DNA of 48,362 nucleotides from an uncultured Rikenellaceae bacterium (GTDB lineage Bacteria; Bacteroidota; Bacteroidia; Bacteroidales; VadinHA17). Location: contig CAYRQY010000002.1 in assembly GCA_964426435.1 (NCBI GenBank), positions 1-48,362 on the forward strand, read 5' to 3'. The first letter of the stretch is position 1. Each line of letters opens with the position of its first letter. This document shows positions 9,801 through 19,531 of the stretch, one piece after another. The notes beneath the pieces are model-generated. The model was not told the origin of the DNA, searched no databases, and was given only the letters and a program-made list of their open reading frames with translations. The position numbers and the translations under genes were made by a program.

Positions 9801-10529
9801 ATGGACTCAAATGAAAAGTACAGAGAAGATCGCCCCGCCAGGGCGAACAACAGGGTGATCATTGGCGTGATCCTTGTGCTGGCAGGCTTGTTCCTTGTCA
9901 TCAGAAACACCGGATTCTTTCCCGGCTACATTGACAATGTTATTTTCAGCTGGCCAATGCTGCTCGTGGCTATAGGACTTGTTATGACACTGGGAGCCAG
10001 TGAAAAGACCGCCGGAGTTATTGTTATGGCTGTCGGCGGATTTTTCATGATACCTCTCATTTTCAGGGAGACATTTCATATGTACAACATGTTCTGGCCG
10101 TCAATATTTATAATTGTGGGAGTGATATTTATCGTAACCACGCGCAGGAGATGGAGCCCTGTAAGGTCACAGGGAACCGTAGGAGATGACTATATAGAAT
10201 ATGTGAACATCTTCAGCGGGGGTGATCGCCAGGTGGTTTCCCAGAGCTTCATGGGAGGAAAGATAACCGCTATATTCGGAGGCAGTGAGCTTGACCTTAC
10301 GAAGGCAGGGCTGGCACCGGGACGATCGGAGATTGAGATTGCATGCATATTCGGCGGCACAACCATTATAGTTCCCGAAGACTGGCATGTCACCATCGAG
10401 GTAACACCTATTCTCGGAGGATTCAGCGACTCAAGGAAACTGGCACCGGGCAGAAGCATCGATATCTCAAAACATCTTATAATAAAGGGTGCCGTAATTT
10501 TCGGAGGAGGTGAAGTGAAGAGCTACTAG
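9801..10529 (+). CDS. LiaF-like cell-envelope stress protein (TM domain plus beta-rich C-terminal domain)
   Basis: 242 aa. Four TM helices are followed by a Gly-rich beta-repeat C-terminus (ITAIFGGSELDL...IACIFGGTTIIVP...GAVIFGGGEV) like LiaF/DUF2154. It sits 2 nt upstream of a LytS-type kinase. Confidence 0.55.
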   Translation: MDSNEKYREDRPARANNRVIIGVILVLAGLFLVIRNTGFFPGYIDNVIFSWPMLLVAIGLVMTLGASEKTAGVIVMAVGGFFMIPLIFRETFHMYNMFWPSIFIIVGVIFIVTTRRRWSPVRSQGTVGDDYIEYVNIFSGGDRQVVSQSFMGGKITAIFGGSELDLTKAGLAPGRSEIEIACIFGGTTIIVPEDWHVTIEVTPILGGFSDSRKLAPGRSIDISKHLIIKGAVIFGGGEVKSY

Positions 10530-10531
10530 AG

Positions 10532-11599
10532 ATGAAACATCCGGTTCTCTCAAATAAAGTAAGGCTGATTATCTGGTGGCTGGCCTGGCTCATTCTGGCG
10601 CTGGGCCAGCTCCTTGCATATTACCTTAGCTCAGGGAGCGTTACCGTTATAAGCATTGCAGATACTGTAATCTCCATCCTGATCTTTTCGGGTCTGGCGC
10701 TATCCGTCTGGTACCCCTTCAGCTTCTTCAACACCATAAAGGCACGAACCGGCGCAATGGTTTCAAATATACTTGCGGGAGGGGTGGTGTCCATAGGGAT
10801 CTGGATCCTTCTCAGCAGGTTTATCGTATCGTCGATTTTCCCGGAAAGCGAGGAGTATAAATTGTATTGGGATGCCACATTTTACTTCAGGTTAGGATCA
10901 GGAGTCTTTATTTATATCCTGGTAGTGGTAAGCTACTATCTTTTCATTAGCCTTACAAGCCTTTCGGAGAAGAAAGCGAGGGAGGCAAAGCTGGAAACCC
11001 TGGTAAGGGAGACTGAGCTTAAAATGTTAAGGTCGCAGATCAATCCCCATTTCCTGTTCAACAGCCTTAACTCGGTAAGTTCGCTTACGATAACCAATCC
11101 TGAGAAAGCAAGGGAGATGGTGATCAAGCTTTCAGACTTCATGAGATATGCCCTGTCCCGGAAGGACGACCAGCCGGTAACCCTCAGAAGCGAGTTTGAG
11201 AATCTTCGCCTCTACCTCGATATAGAAAAGGTCCGCTTCGGAGATAAGCTTACCACCGAAGAGCTGATAGGTGAAGAGTGCCTCGATTTTAAAATGCCGG
11301 TTATGCTTCTTCAGCCACTTTATGAGAATGCGGTAAAACACGGGGTATATGAAAGCACCGAAAGCGTCAGGATCACCACAGAGGCACAGATCTCAGATGG
11401 TTTTCTCAAAATGGTAATATCCAATAATTACGATACTGCTCCATCATCATCAAAAGGTACGGGAACCGGACTGAAAAATGTATCAAGAAGACTTGAACTC
11501 TTCTACGGTGAAAAGGCGTCGCTGAATACAACAAAGGAGAAGGGAGTCTTTACAGTAACACTCTTTATTCCGCTGGAGGAACCCTTAAAACCTCTTTGA
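10532..11599 (+). CDS. LytS/YehU-family sensor histidine kinase
   Basis: 355 aa with a multi-TM N-terminus, the H-box LRSQINPHFLFNSLNSV (His_kinase PF06580 type) and an ATPase with ENAVKHG and GTGTGL. Confidence 0.85.
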   Translation: MKHPVLSNKVRLIIWWLAWLILALGQLLAYYLSSGSVTVISIADTVISILIFSGLALSVWYPFSFFNTIKARTGAMVSNILAGGVVSIGIWILLSRFIVSSIFPESEEYKLYWDATFYFRLGSGVFIYILVVVSYYLFISLTSLSEKKAREAKLETLVRETELKMLRSQINPHFLFNSLNSVSSLTITNPEKAREMVIKLSDFMRYALSRKDDQPVTLRSEFENLRLYLDIEKVRFGDKLTTEELIGEECLDFKMPVMLLQPLYENAVKHGVYESTESVRITTEAQISDGFLKMVISNNYDTAPSSSKGTGTGLKNVSRRLELFYGEKASLNTTKEKGVFTVTLFIPLEEPLKPL

Positions 11600-11693
11600 C
11601 AAGTAATCCGATCTTTGTGTATCTTTGTTAAGTTGCAGAGACACTTTTTATTTTTCGGTCAGGATATTGCTCACCTGTTAATAATTGTAAACA

Positions 11694-12446
11694 ATGGAAA
11701 AAATCAGGACAGTGATAATTGATGATGAGGCTCCCGCAAGGGAAATAATTAAGCATTACCTTAGTGATATTGAGCCGGTTGAGGTTATTGCAGAGTGTTC
11801 TGACGGTTTCTCGGGACTAAAGTCGGTTTCATTCATGAAGCCCGACCTGGTTTTTCTCGACATCCAGATGCCAAGGCTGACGGGCATCGAAATGCTTGAG
11901 GTAATGACCGAAAAACCACAGGTGATATTCACTACCGCATATGACCAGTTCGCCATCAGGGCATTTGAACTGAATGCCGTGGATTATCTGCTGAAACCCT
12001 TTCCGAAAAGAAGGTTCACAGAAGCCGTTAACAAGGCGATTGAGAAAATACGATCCGGCCAGGGCAGTTCCGAACCTGCAAACAGGCTTCTGGCAAAGAT
12101 GCCCGAACCTGCATTGCCCGTCAGCCGGGTGGTTGTGCGCAAGGGAAGTTCAATAAACCTCATACCTGTTGAAAACATAAGATTTGTGGAGGCCCAGGAC
12201 GACTATGTGATGATTCATCATACCGGAGGCAAGGCTCTCAAGCAGCAAACAATGAAATACTATGATGAGAATCTTCCGAAAAGCGATTTTGTCAGGATCC
12301 ACAGATCCTATATTGTAAGGGTTGAGGAGATAAAAAAATTAGAACCCTACGGCAAGGATAATCATGTTGCCGTTCTTCATGCCGGTGATAGGCTGCCTGT
12401 CTCCCGTGCAGGATATAAGGAACTGAAGAAGGAGCTTGATTTTTAA
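11694..12446 (+). CDS. LytR/AlgR (LytTR) family response regulator
   Basis: 250 aa. The receiver has VIIDDE and VFLDIQMP. The C-terminal LytTR domain has FVRIHRSYIV. Confidence 0.9.
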   Translation: MEKIRTVIIDDEAPAREIIKHYLSDIEPVEVIAECSDGFSGLKSVSFMKPDLVFLDIQMPRLTGIEMLEVMTEKPQVIFTTAYDQFAIRAFELNAVDYLLKPFPKRRFTEAVNKAIEKIRSGQGSSEPANRLLAKMPEPALPVSRVVVRKGSSINLIPVENIRFVEAQDDYVMIHHTGGKALKQQTMKYYDENLPKSDFVRIHRSYIVRVEEIKKLEPYGKDNHVAVLHAGDRLPVSRAGYKELKKELDF

Positions 12447-12628
12447 GTCGTGCTTCCGCTTAAGCGGAACTTCGTCGCTCCGCTCCTTGAGTCGTAAAGT
12501 CGTGCTTCCGCTAAGCGGAACTTCGTCGCTCCGCTCCTTGAGTCGTAAAGTCGTGCAGTCCTGCAGTCAGGAAGTCGTGCAGTCCTGCAGTCCTGCAGTC
12601 CTGCAGTCGGGAAGTCGGGAAGTCATAA
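12446..12628. repeat. Composite tandem repeat: two 52/51-nt units followed by an AGTC-phased octamer array
   Basis: Units at 12446-12497 and 12498-12548 differ by one T inside the palindrome TTCCGCT(T)AAGCGGAA. From 12541 to 12628 there are 11 contiguous octamers AGTCNNNN (GTAA, GTGC, CTGC, AGGA, GTGC, CTGC x3, GGGA x2, ATAA). The repeat fills the gap between two convergent stop codons. Confidence 0.85.
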
Positions 12629-12925
12629 AGGTCTTGCAAGTCGGTTACAGCGTTTATAGTGGCGAAAAGGTTTATACTTTTTAAACCTGAACCGGGGCAC
12701 CGGATCATAGCCATGGGTTCCGCCGGGCCTGCATCTAAGTATCCTTCCCGTGGCCATTATCAGTCCTGCCAGCGGACCGTGGATCTTCAGTGCATCGAGT
12801 GCATACTGCGAACAGGAGGGCACATGGCGGCACGAAGGCCTTAAAAGGGGAGACATGGCATACTGGTAGAACCATACAGGCACTGAAAGAATAAAAACTA
12901 ATATCATCCTCAGAGTTCCCTTCAT
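12623..12925 (-). CDS. yidD: Membrane protein insertion efficiency factor YidD
   Basis: Conserved core [58 protein letters not shown]. The start is uncertain (12925 or the ATG at 12907). The basic tail runs into the repeat. Confidence 0.8.
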   Translation of the reverse strand: MKGTLRMILVFILSVPVWFYQYAMSPLLRPSCRHVPSCSQYALDALKIHGPLAGLIMATGRILRCRPGGTHGYDPVPRFRFKKYKPFRHYKRCNRLARPL

Positions 12926-12969
12926 TCAGCAAATATAATAACATCGTCGACTCAAGGAATGACTGATTC

Positions 12970-13707
12970 CTACCTGCCTTCCACGACAAGATACCGGGTC
13001 TTTTTATGCAGGATCCTTAGAATAATCCATATCAGGCCTGCCGGGAGAATAAAATACAGCCACAGGGGTGTTATGAAAAGTTCACCGGCAATAATATAAT
13101 TCCTGCACAGGTCCAGCAGGGTGAATATTGCGAATATGCTGAAAAAGCTGTTGTGCTCCCTTTTAAGAACTGTTCTTATGCAAAAGGGTAAAAGAGGAGG
13201 GGTAAAGTTTCTGAAGGCTGGAATTACCGGGAGCACCTTTTCTGACCATTTATCATAGAGATCCCCGAATTTCCTTCTGAGGAACTGTTCTTCCGCAAAC
13301 ATTATTCTTTCGTAGTAGAGCCAGTAGACAACAACAAAGGTCAGGGTGAACCAGAATGATCTCAGGAAAAGCACAGGACCGAGCCACATAAGGAAATTTG
13401 CTGCATAGAGCGGATGACGCATCACTGAATAGATACCAGTAACATTCAGTTCTCCGGCAACCTGGCCTGCAGCTGTATTTCGGCCTGAGGTTGCCCCGGG
13501 AGCAAATCCGACAGTCAGTATCCTCATAATCTCTCCTGCGATGCTGATACCGAGGATCAGCATTTCAAACAGCGGATTGAAGATTATTACTTCCCTCTTT
13601 CCGAGGTACATTGCTGCAATTCCGAACAGGATAAGAAAGAGAGGGAGCCACCCTCTTCTTTTGAATAACCAGTTGCCGCTCTTTTCAAATTCATGGACAA
13701 GTGCCAT
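12970..13707 (-). CDS. Isoprenylcysteine carboxyl methyltransferase (ICMT/PEMT)-like membrane methyltransferase
   Basis: 245 aa and multi-TM. The motif GIYSVMRHPLYAANFLMWLG is typical of the ICMT/PEMT superfamily. Confidence 0.6.
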   Translation of the reverse strand: MALVHEFEKSGNWLFKRRGWLPLFLILFGIAAMYLGKREVIIFNPLFEMLILGISIAGEIMRILTVGFAPGATSGRNTAAGQVAGELNVTGIYSVMRHPLYAANFLMWLGPVLFLRSFWFTLTFVVVYWLYYERIMFAEEQFLRRKFGDLYDKWSEKVLPVIPAFRNFTPPLLPFCIRTVLKREHNSFFSIFAIFTLLDLCRNYIIAGELFITPLWLYFILPAGLIWIILRILHKKTRYLVVEGR

Positions 13708-13754
13708 AGATTGCCTTATTAAGATGTGACTCCGGCGGTAAAAGTATGAAATTT

Positions 13755-14909
13755 TCAGAAACTGTATTTCATCCGCAGGAATCCGAGGTTCATCCTCCTC
13801 TTCTCATCTCCGAAGACACCGTTGAAGTATTGCCAGATAAATGAGAAGTCGACATTTTCTGCAAGAGAAAAGTCAGCCGATGGTCCTGCAAAAAAGCCCT
13901 CCAGATCGGGAAACCACATACCAGACATGCCGAGTGTAAAAAGCGGGCCTGCAGCCCAGGTGAACTGCCCGAATGCTGTAAACCGTGAGAATGCCAGGTC
14001 CCTGGCGGAGAGGCTGGTGGTATAGAGTCCCGTGAAATTGTTCAGCTCAAGTGGATTGCTGCAATACATCAGCTGAAACTGCAGCATTGAGTTATCTTTA
14101 AGTACCCGGTCAAGTCCGGCGGTAACGATAACAGTTCCCTTGCCGCCGGTGTCGCTGCCTGCGGGAATGAACCATGAGCTCTCGCCCCTGAACGATGAGG
14201 AACCGAGCACTCCGGACCATCCGAAGCCTGCAACAAAGTCCTCACTATCAACATACCCGGCAAGAAACTGCAAATCGTAACTCCATCTGTTGAAGCGGAA
14301 AAGGCCTGCTGCGGTGATATTGTCGCGGGAGTCGGCCTTAACGGCCAGCTCAAGCGCCGAGGAGTATGATGGGAAGTATTGAATTCTCACCGCATCACTG
14401 CCCGGCCGTTCGATATAGTCAAAATCGAAAAATGAGTAGGCATTGAATATATCGTTGGGGTTCCATACAAATGTCTGGCCCCAGTTGATCCTTTGACGGC
14501 CAATGGTTACCTGGAATTTATCCAGGCTGTAGTCTAACCAGAGCCTGTCGATCTTTGTGTTAAAGAGTACAGACGGTTTGCTGAAGATGTTCCACGACAT
14601 GTCGGCCCACCCGGGATCTGTGCTGACCAGATCGGAGTAGTAAGTGCCTGTTTTGACCATATCGCCAGTGAAGAGGCGGTTCCTGAGTTCTGCGGCAAAA
14701 GTGAGTTTCGGAGTGATGAATCCTTTAAAATTGAGCCTGTTATGAATAAGATTGTCATTTATGAAGTTGTCGGACACCGATTCAAACATTACGCTCTGCA
14801 TCGCAGTGACATAACCATTCAGCGAAACTTTCTGTATATCCTCCTGAGCCGTCGACAATAAGCATAGAAGCGCGGCTGCCGCCGATACCAGGTATTTCTT
14901 CAGTGTCAT
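13755..14909 (-). CDS. Putative outer-membrane beta-barrel protein
   Basis: 384 aa with signal peptide LLCLLSTAQE, an alternating amphipathic pattern, Gly/aromatic richness and C-terminal ...LRMKYSF. The ATG overlaps the ATPase stop (ATGA). Confidence 0.5.
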   Translation of the reverse strand: MTLKKYLVSAAAALLCLLSTAQEDIQKVSLNGYVTAMQSVMFESVSDNFINDNLIHNRLNFKGFITPKLTFAAELRNRLFTGDMVKTGTYYSDLVSTDPGWADMSWNIFSKPSVLFNTKIDRLWLDYSLDKFQVTIGRQRINWGQTFVWNPNDIFNAYSFFDFDYIERPGSDAVRIQYFPSYSSALELAVKADSRDNITAAGLFRFNRWSYDLQFLAGYVDSEDFVAGFGWSGVLGSSSFRGESSWFIPAGSDTGGKGTVIVTAGLDRVLKDNSMLQFQLMYCSNPLELNNFTGLYTTSLSARDLAFSRFTAFGQFTWAAGPLFTLGMSGMWFPDLEGFFAGPSADFSLAENVDFSFIWQYFNGVFGDEKRRMNLGFLRMKYSF

Positions 14910-15613
14910 GGCAGGATTCCTTCTGAACCGTTTCTCACCTCATCAGTTAAAACCATTCCATCCTCAAGGGTTACTACACGCCGCGCCATCTTCATTACCC
15001 GAGGGTCGTGTGTCGAAAAGATAAAGGTGATCTTCTCCTCCCTGTTAAGCTGTTCCATTATCTCAAGCAGGGTTTTTGCTGATTTCGAATCGAGGTTTGC
15101 GGTAGGCTCGTCGGCAAGAACGAACTTGGGCCTGGATGCAAGCGCTCTTGCAACTGCTACCCTCTGTTGTTGTCCGCCGGATAGTTTTGACGGACGGCTG
15201 TTTATCCTGTCACCCAATCCCACGGCCTTCAGCAACTCAAAGGTTCGCTTGTCCCTCTCTTCCCTGGACCATTTCTGAAGAAGCATGATGAACTCGACAT
15301 TCTCCCCCGCCGAAAGAACCGGAATAAGGTTGTACGACTGGAACACAAAGCCTATATTCCTCATTCTGAAATCGATCAGCTTCGAGGATTTGAGCTTTGA
15401 AAGGTCGGTCCCGTCGATGATGATCTCTCCGGATGTCGGCATATCGAGGCCTCCGATAAGGTTCAGCAGAGTTGTCTTGCCTGAACCAGATGGCCCTACA
15501 ATGGCGGCAAACTCACCCTCCATGAAGCTCAGCGAAACGTTGTTAACCGCGTGTACCTTAACTTCGGTTGAGTTATATATTTTATTGACATTCTTTAATT
15601 CAAGTACTTTCAT
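14906..15613 (-). CDS. ABC transporter ATP-binding protein (LolD/MacB type)
   Basis: 235 aa with Walker A GPSGSGKTT, signature LSGGQQQRV and Walker B FVLADEPT. Confidence 0.9.
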   Translation of the reverse strand: MKVLELKNVNKIYNSTEVKVHAVNNVSLSFMEGEFAAIVGPSGSGKTTLLNLIGGLDMPTSGEIIIDGTDLSKLKSSKLIDFRMRNIGFVFQSYNLIPVLSAGENVEFIMLLQKWSREERDKRTFELLKAVGLGDRINSRPSKLSGGQQQRVAVARALASRPKFVLADEPTANLDSKSAKTLLEIMEQLNREEKITFIFSTHDPRVMKMARRVVTLEDGMVLTDEVRNGSEGILP

Positions 15614-15635
15614 GGCAGTGTTATTTAATGGTGAA

Positions 15636-17060
15636 TCATTCTGTTCTGAGTGCTTCGACCGGATTCAGCTTCAATGCTTTTCGTGCCGGCCAGATTGAGG
15701 AAATAATTGCGGTAACAAGTACCAGCAGGGTTGTAAACACAAAAAAGTCGGTAGTAACAACAGGATATACCCGTGCCGCGAATCCCATGGCCTCAAAGCC
15801 TTCTCCCCATGCTGAGAAATGTATGCCTGTTTTGCCAAGGATTCTAACTATACCCCAGCCGGCAGCCATTCCTGTCAGTGCTCCCGTGGCCGTCAGGAAA
15901 ATTGTCTCAAGCATTATCATACTGAAAATCCTTTTGCGGTTCATACCTATTGCCATAAGCATGCCAAGCTCCTTTGTCCTCTCGAGTATGGCCATAAGCA
16001 TGGTATTTATTATGCCGAAGGCAAGCGCCAGCATTATTATACCAATGAAAATAAAATAGTACATGATCATATAATCATTCATCATGGCTGCATCGGGAGC
16101 CAGCTCCCTCCATGTCCTGACGGTATTGGCCGTTGTTACTGCCGCAAGTTTTTCCTTAACGGTGTCTGCATCATTGATGTTATCGAGAAGCAGGGCCATT
16201 TCGTGTATCAGGACCTCATCCCCGCCTGTAAGGCTTGCCAGTTCCTGCGCATTTACAAACACTGAAGCCTGATCGAAACCCGTATTGGTTGTCCTGTAAA
16301 TTCCGCATACCCTGAATGCACTCTGGACAGGAGTGCCTGTGTCGTCGGAGAATATTATGAGTACCCTGTTCCTTATCCTGTAATCAAGAGCTTTATCGAG
16401 AATAAGGTTTCCATACCGGTCAAGCTCCTTTTTTGTAAATATATTCTTCAGTTCATCCCTGAAGTCCTTCGGAGAGCGAAATCTGGTGTCCTTAAGCGAT
16501 GAGAGCTTCGACATAATATTCTCAGGAACCTTCTCTTTCTTAAGTTCCTCGATTACATCGTCAGAGACAATGTAATGCTTAAGCTTAAGTATCTCAGCAG
16601 TCTTGTCGCTTATAAGTATTTCCCCGTCTCTTTGCGGATCGAGGTAATCACCCGCCCCGGGCACGATCTTCTTCCATATTTCTGTTACAATCTTTTCCCT
16701 CTCAGGGTCAATGCCATAGACAATCACACCGGCTGTTGCCCAGGGAGTATTGGCCATTGCCACCATTTTGGTTCGTTCCACCCAACCTTTGACACCAGGT
16801 AAAGATTCAATTGTCGCGGCGATCTGATCCAGGTTCGCAACTGTGAGGTCAATCTCTTCATTATCAATGAATTCATTATTATGTATCTGGACATGAGAAA
16901 CTTCATTGAAAATGGCATCGCTAAGGCGCTGCTCCACCCAGCCCTTCATTATGCCTACAAGCAGCACGCCTGCAACTATTCCCAGCGTAACTGCAACAAT
17001 CACCACCAGGCTCCTGTTCCTGTTGCGCCAGATATTTTTCCATGCTATAGATCTTATCAT
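15636..17060 (-). CDS. ABC transporter permease, FtsX/MacB type with large periplasmic domain
   Basis: 474 aa. N-terminus AWKNIWRNRNRSLVVIVAVTLG, a loop of roughly 300 aa, then three C-terminal TM helices (FtsX domain). Confidence 0.85.
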   Translation of the reverse strand: MIRSIAWKNIWRNRNRSLVVIVAVTLGIVAGVLLVGIMKGWVEQRLSDAIFNEVSHVQIHNNEFIDNEEIDLTVANLDQIAATIESLPGVKGWVERTKMVAMANTPWATAGVIVYGIDPEREKIVTEIWKKIVPGAGDYLDPQRDGEILISDKTAEILKLKHYIVSDDVIEELKKEKVPENIMSKLSSLKDTRFRSPKDFRDELKNIFTKKELDRYGNLILDKALDYRIRNRVLIIFSDDTGTPVQSAFRVCGIYRTTNTGFDQASVFVNAQELASLTGGDEVLIHEMALLLDNINDADTVKEKLAAVTTANTVRTWRELAPDAAMMNDYMIMYYFIFIGIIMLALAFGIINTMLMAILERTKELGMLMAIGMNRKRIFSMIMLETIFLTATGALTGMAAGWGIVRILGKTGIHFSAWGEGFEAMGFAARVYPVVTTDFFVFTTLLVLVTAIISSIWPARKALKLNPVEALRTE

Positions 17061-17070
17061 TTCAATATTA

Positions 17071-18042
17071 TTATCTGTTGAAAATCAGGAATATTATATA
17101 ACCGGCATAGATCGCCAGCATAAGCGCGCCCTCCCATCTTTCGATCACATACTTCCTGCTGGTGTAAATTGTCAGCAACAAAATCACGCTGGCAGCAATT
17201 GTCATCAGGATATCGATGTTTGAGGCCGGGTTGAGGGGTATGGGATGTATCAGCGCATTAAAGCCGAGTATCCAGAGAATGTTCATTACATTCGATCCGA
17301 CCACATTGCCGATAGCTATATCAGACTGTCGTTTAAAAGCAGCCACCGCCGAGGTTGCCAGCTCAGGCAGGGATGTTCCTATCGCAATAATGGTAAGTCC
17401 GATAAGCGACTGGCTGACATGAAAGGATTCAGCTATTAACACAGCTCCGTCAACTATCCATTTACCTCCGAGAACAAGGCCAAGCAGGCCGATAATTATG
17501 AATGATACCGATTTGAAACTGGTGAATTCCCTGATGTTATTGTTTTCAGGCACTTCATCCTTTACTTTCGATATTCTGAAGGTGTAAATGATGAAAACGG
17601 CCAGGCAGAACAGGAAAATAATCCCGTCAAATACTGAAAGGATGGAGGGTTCATCACCGTTAAAGAAGACATCGTTGGCCAGTATCCCCAGCAAAAGCGC
17701 GGCAAGCAGGCTGAAGGGTATCTCCTTCCTGACGGTATTTCTTTTAACCGTTATTGGATAGATCAGAGCCGAGATCCCCAGGACAAGCAGAATGTTTGCA
17801 ATATTGCTGCCCAGAATATTTCCGATAGCCAGATCCGCATTTCCCTTCATGGTGGCAAAAATGGTAACAATGAACTCGGGGGCTGACGTACCGAATGCCA
17901 CTACGGTTAGACCAATAACTATATTCGAAATCTTTGATTTTTTGGCTATTGAAGCTGCCCCGTCGATCAGCATATTTGCACCTGTGACCAGTACAATGAA
18001 TCCTATTACAAATAGTACGTATGTTAATATCTGATATTCCAT
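17071..18042 (-). CDS. Ca2+/Na+ antiporter, CaCA family (YrbG-like)
   Basis: 323 aa with two alpha-repeats: GTSAPE...GNILGSN and GTSLPE...GNVVGSN. Confidence 0.9.
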   Translation of the reverse strand: MEYQILTYVLFVIGFIVLVTGANMLIDGAASIAKKSKISNIVIGLTVVAFGTSAPEFIVTIFATMKGNADLAIGNILGSNIANILLVLGISALIYPITVKRNTVRKEIPFSLLAALLLGILANDVFFNGDEPSILSVFDGIIFLFCLAVFIIYTFRISKVKDEVPENNNIREFTSFKSVSFIIIGLLGLVLGGKWIVDGAVLIAESFHVSQSLIGLTIIAIGTSLPELATSAVAAFKRQSDIAIGNVVGSNVMNILWILGFNALIHPIPLNPASNIDILMTIAASVILLLTIYTSRKYVIERWEGALMLAIYAGYIIFLIFNR

Positions 18043-18054
18043 AATTACAAATTA

Positions 18055-19476
18055 TCAGCTCCGGAGTGCATCTATTTCTTTAAGCCGTCCTATTTTTCTT
18101 ATGGGATACAGTGCTGCCAGCATGACCATCAGGGCAACAACTGCCGCCTGCCACCAGAAGTAGGGACCTATCGGGGCTGTGGGCATCACTGCATCCCAGC
18201 CGTAGTCTTCCATCATCTTTGCAAGGTCGCCCTTCAATACAATAGGGAAGCGGTTAAAATAGAGGATCAGGGGAATACTTGCCATAAGCCCGGCCAGAAG
18301 TCCCAGTATTCCGAGAAGGGACATTTCTATGGCCATAACTCTTTTAAGCTTGTTTTTTTGCATCCCTATGGCAATAAGCACTCCAAACTCCTTTCTCCTT
18401 TCTGCCAGCATCATAAGGACTGTTCCGAATATTCCGAAGAATATAATGAAATAGAGCAGTCCGAGCATGGCCATACCGCTCTGGCTGTCGCCCTGTATCT
18501 GCTGGTACAGAACAGGATTGAGCTCGTACCAGGTTTTGGCGACTGAAGTGCCGTCACTCAGAAGGTTGTTGATCGCTCTTTGTGCCGTTCTCATTGTGCG
18601 GTTCGACCTGTCGGTAAGGTTAACTGCCAGCGATGTAATCATTCCTTCACAGTCAAAGAACTCCTGTGCTGTCGCTATGGTCATTATAATAAGCCGGTTG
18701 TCAATTTCCGGCGCGGGCATTTTAACGATGCCTCTTACCGCGAAGAGACCGGCTGCGGAAACTCCCTGGTAACCCTGACCCATCAGGATTATTGTATCGC
18801 CGATGGATGCTTTCAGGAAACCGGCAAGCCGGTCGGAAAGAAGCACTCCGTCGTCGTGGTCGGAGAGAAAGCTGTTTGACTCACGGATATTGTCCTGTAT
18901 TATTGGAATATAAAGGTTGTTGTCGGCAACAGTCAGGCCCATCTCCAGTTCTAACCTTGCCTGCGATGAATATGCTCTGCCGCTGTTTTTTTCGAGGTTT
19001 TCAATTACATGAGCTGGCAGCAGGTTCTTTGATTTAATGTTTTCTACAGCTTCGGGGGTGATCCTGTAGCGAACCAGATTGTTCCCGGGATTGGAGAAAT
19101 TCCGCTCCTTTGCCGGATCGATAGCCAGTATCGCAACGCCTTTTGACTGGGGTCCGTTAGAGACAAGGGCAAACGATTCAAGGTGCGGGGTGACTGAGAT
19201 GACCCTGTCAACACCAGTGATCTTTGCGGCCAGCGATTCATCATATTCAAACGAATAATCGATAAGGGGATTATCCTGGTACTTTGTATGCTGTATCCTG
19301 AGATGTCCCGAAAATGACTCGATAAAGTTGTTGATCATCTGGTCGTAGGTACCAAGCTGGTACGATCTCATTACAACGGCAAAAAAGACTGCAAAGAATA
19401 CAGAGGCGGCGGTTATGATTGTCCGTCGTCTGTTTCTCCAGAGGTTCCGCCATGCTATTTTGAATTCATCTTTCAT
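18055..19476 (-). CDS. ABC transporter permease, FtsX/MacB type (paralog of 15636-17060)
   Basis: 473 aa. N-terminus AWRNLWRNRRRTIITAASVFFAV and the same architecture as the other permease. Confidence 0.85.
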   Translation of the reverse strand: MKDEFKIAWRNLWRNRRRTIITAASVFFAVFFAVVMRSYQLGTYDQMINNFIESFSGHLRIQHTKYQDNPLIDYSFEYDESLAAKITGVDRVISVTPHLESFALVSNGPQSKGVAILAIDPAKERNFSNPGNNLVRYRITPEAVENIKSKNLLPAHVIENLEKNSGRAYSSQARLELEMGLTVADNNLYIPIIQDNIRESNSFLSDHDDGVLLSDRLAGFLKASIGDTIILMGQGYQGVSAAGLFAVRGIVKMPAPEIDNRLIIMTIATAQEFFDCEGMITSLAVNLTDRSNRTMRTAQRAINNLLSDGTSVAKTWYELNPVLYQQIQGDSQSGMAMLGLLYFIIFFGIFGTVLMMLAERRKEFGVLIAIGMQKNKLKRVMAIEMSLLGILGLLAGLMASIPLILYFNRFPIVLKGDLAKMMEDYGWDAVMPTAPIGPYFWWQAAVVALMVMLAALYPIRKIGRLKEIDALRS

Positions 19477-19531
19477 TACTGACTCTCTTTACCGGTAATT
19501 ATACCCTGCTTCAACTCAATGATTTCCATTT

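Noticed and set aside
12446-12628. Possible CRISPR array
   Set aside because: The repeat units are contiguous (52/51 nt, then 8-nt periodicity) with no unique spacers. No cas genes or leader are present in the window.
12436-12684. 82-aa plus-strand ORF (MIFKSCFRLSGTSSLRSLSRKVV...)
   Set aside because: Its sequence is simply the translation of the tandem 51/52-nt and octamer repeats. It overlaps the LytTR gene's stop and the yidD 3' end, and it looks nothing like a real protein.
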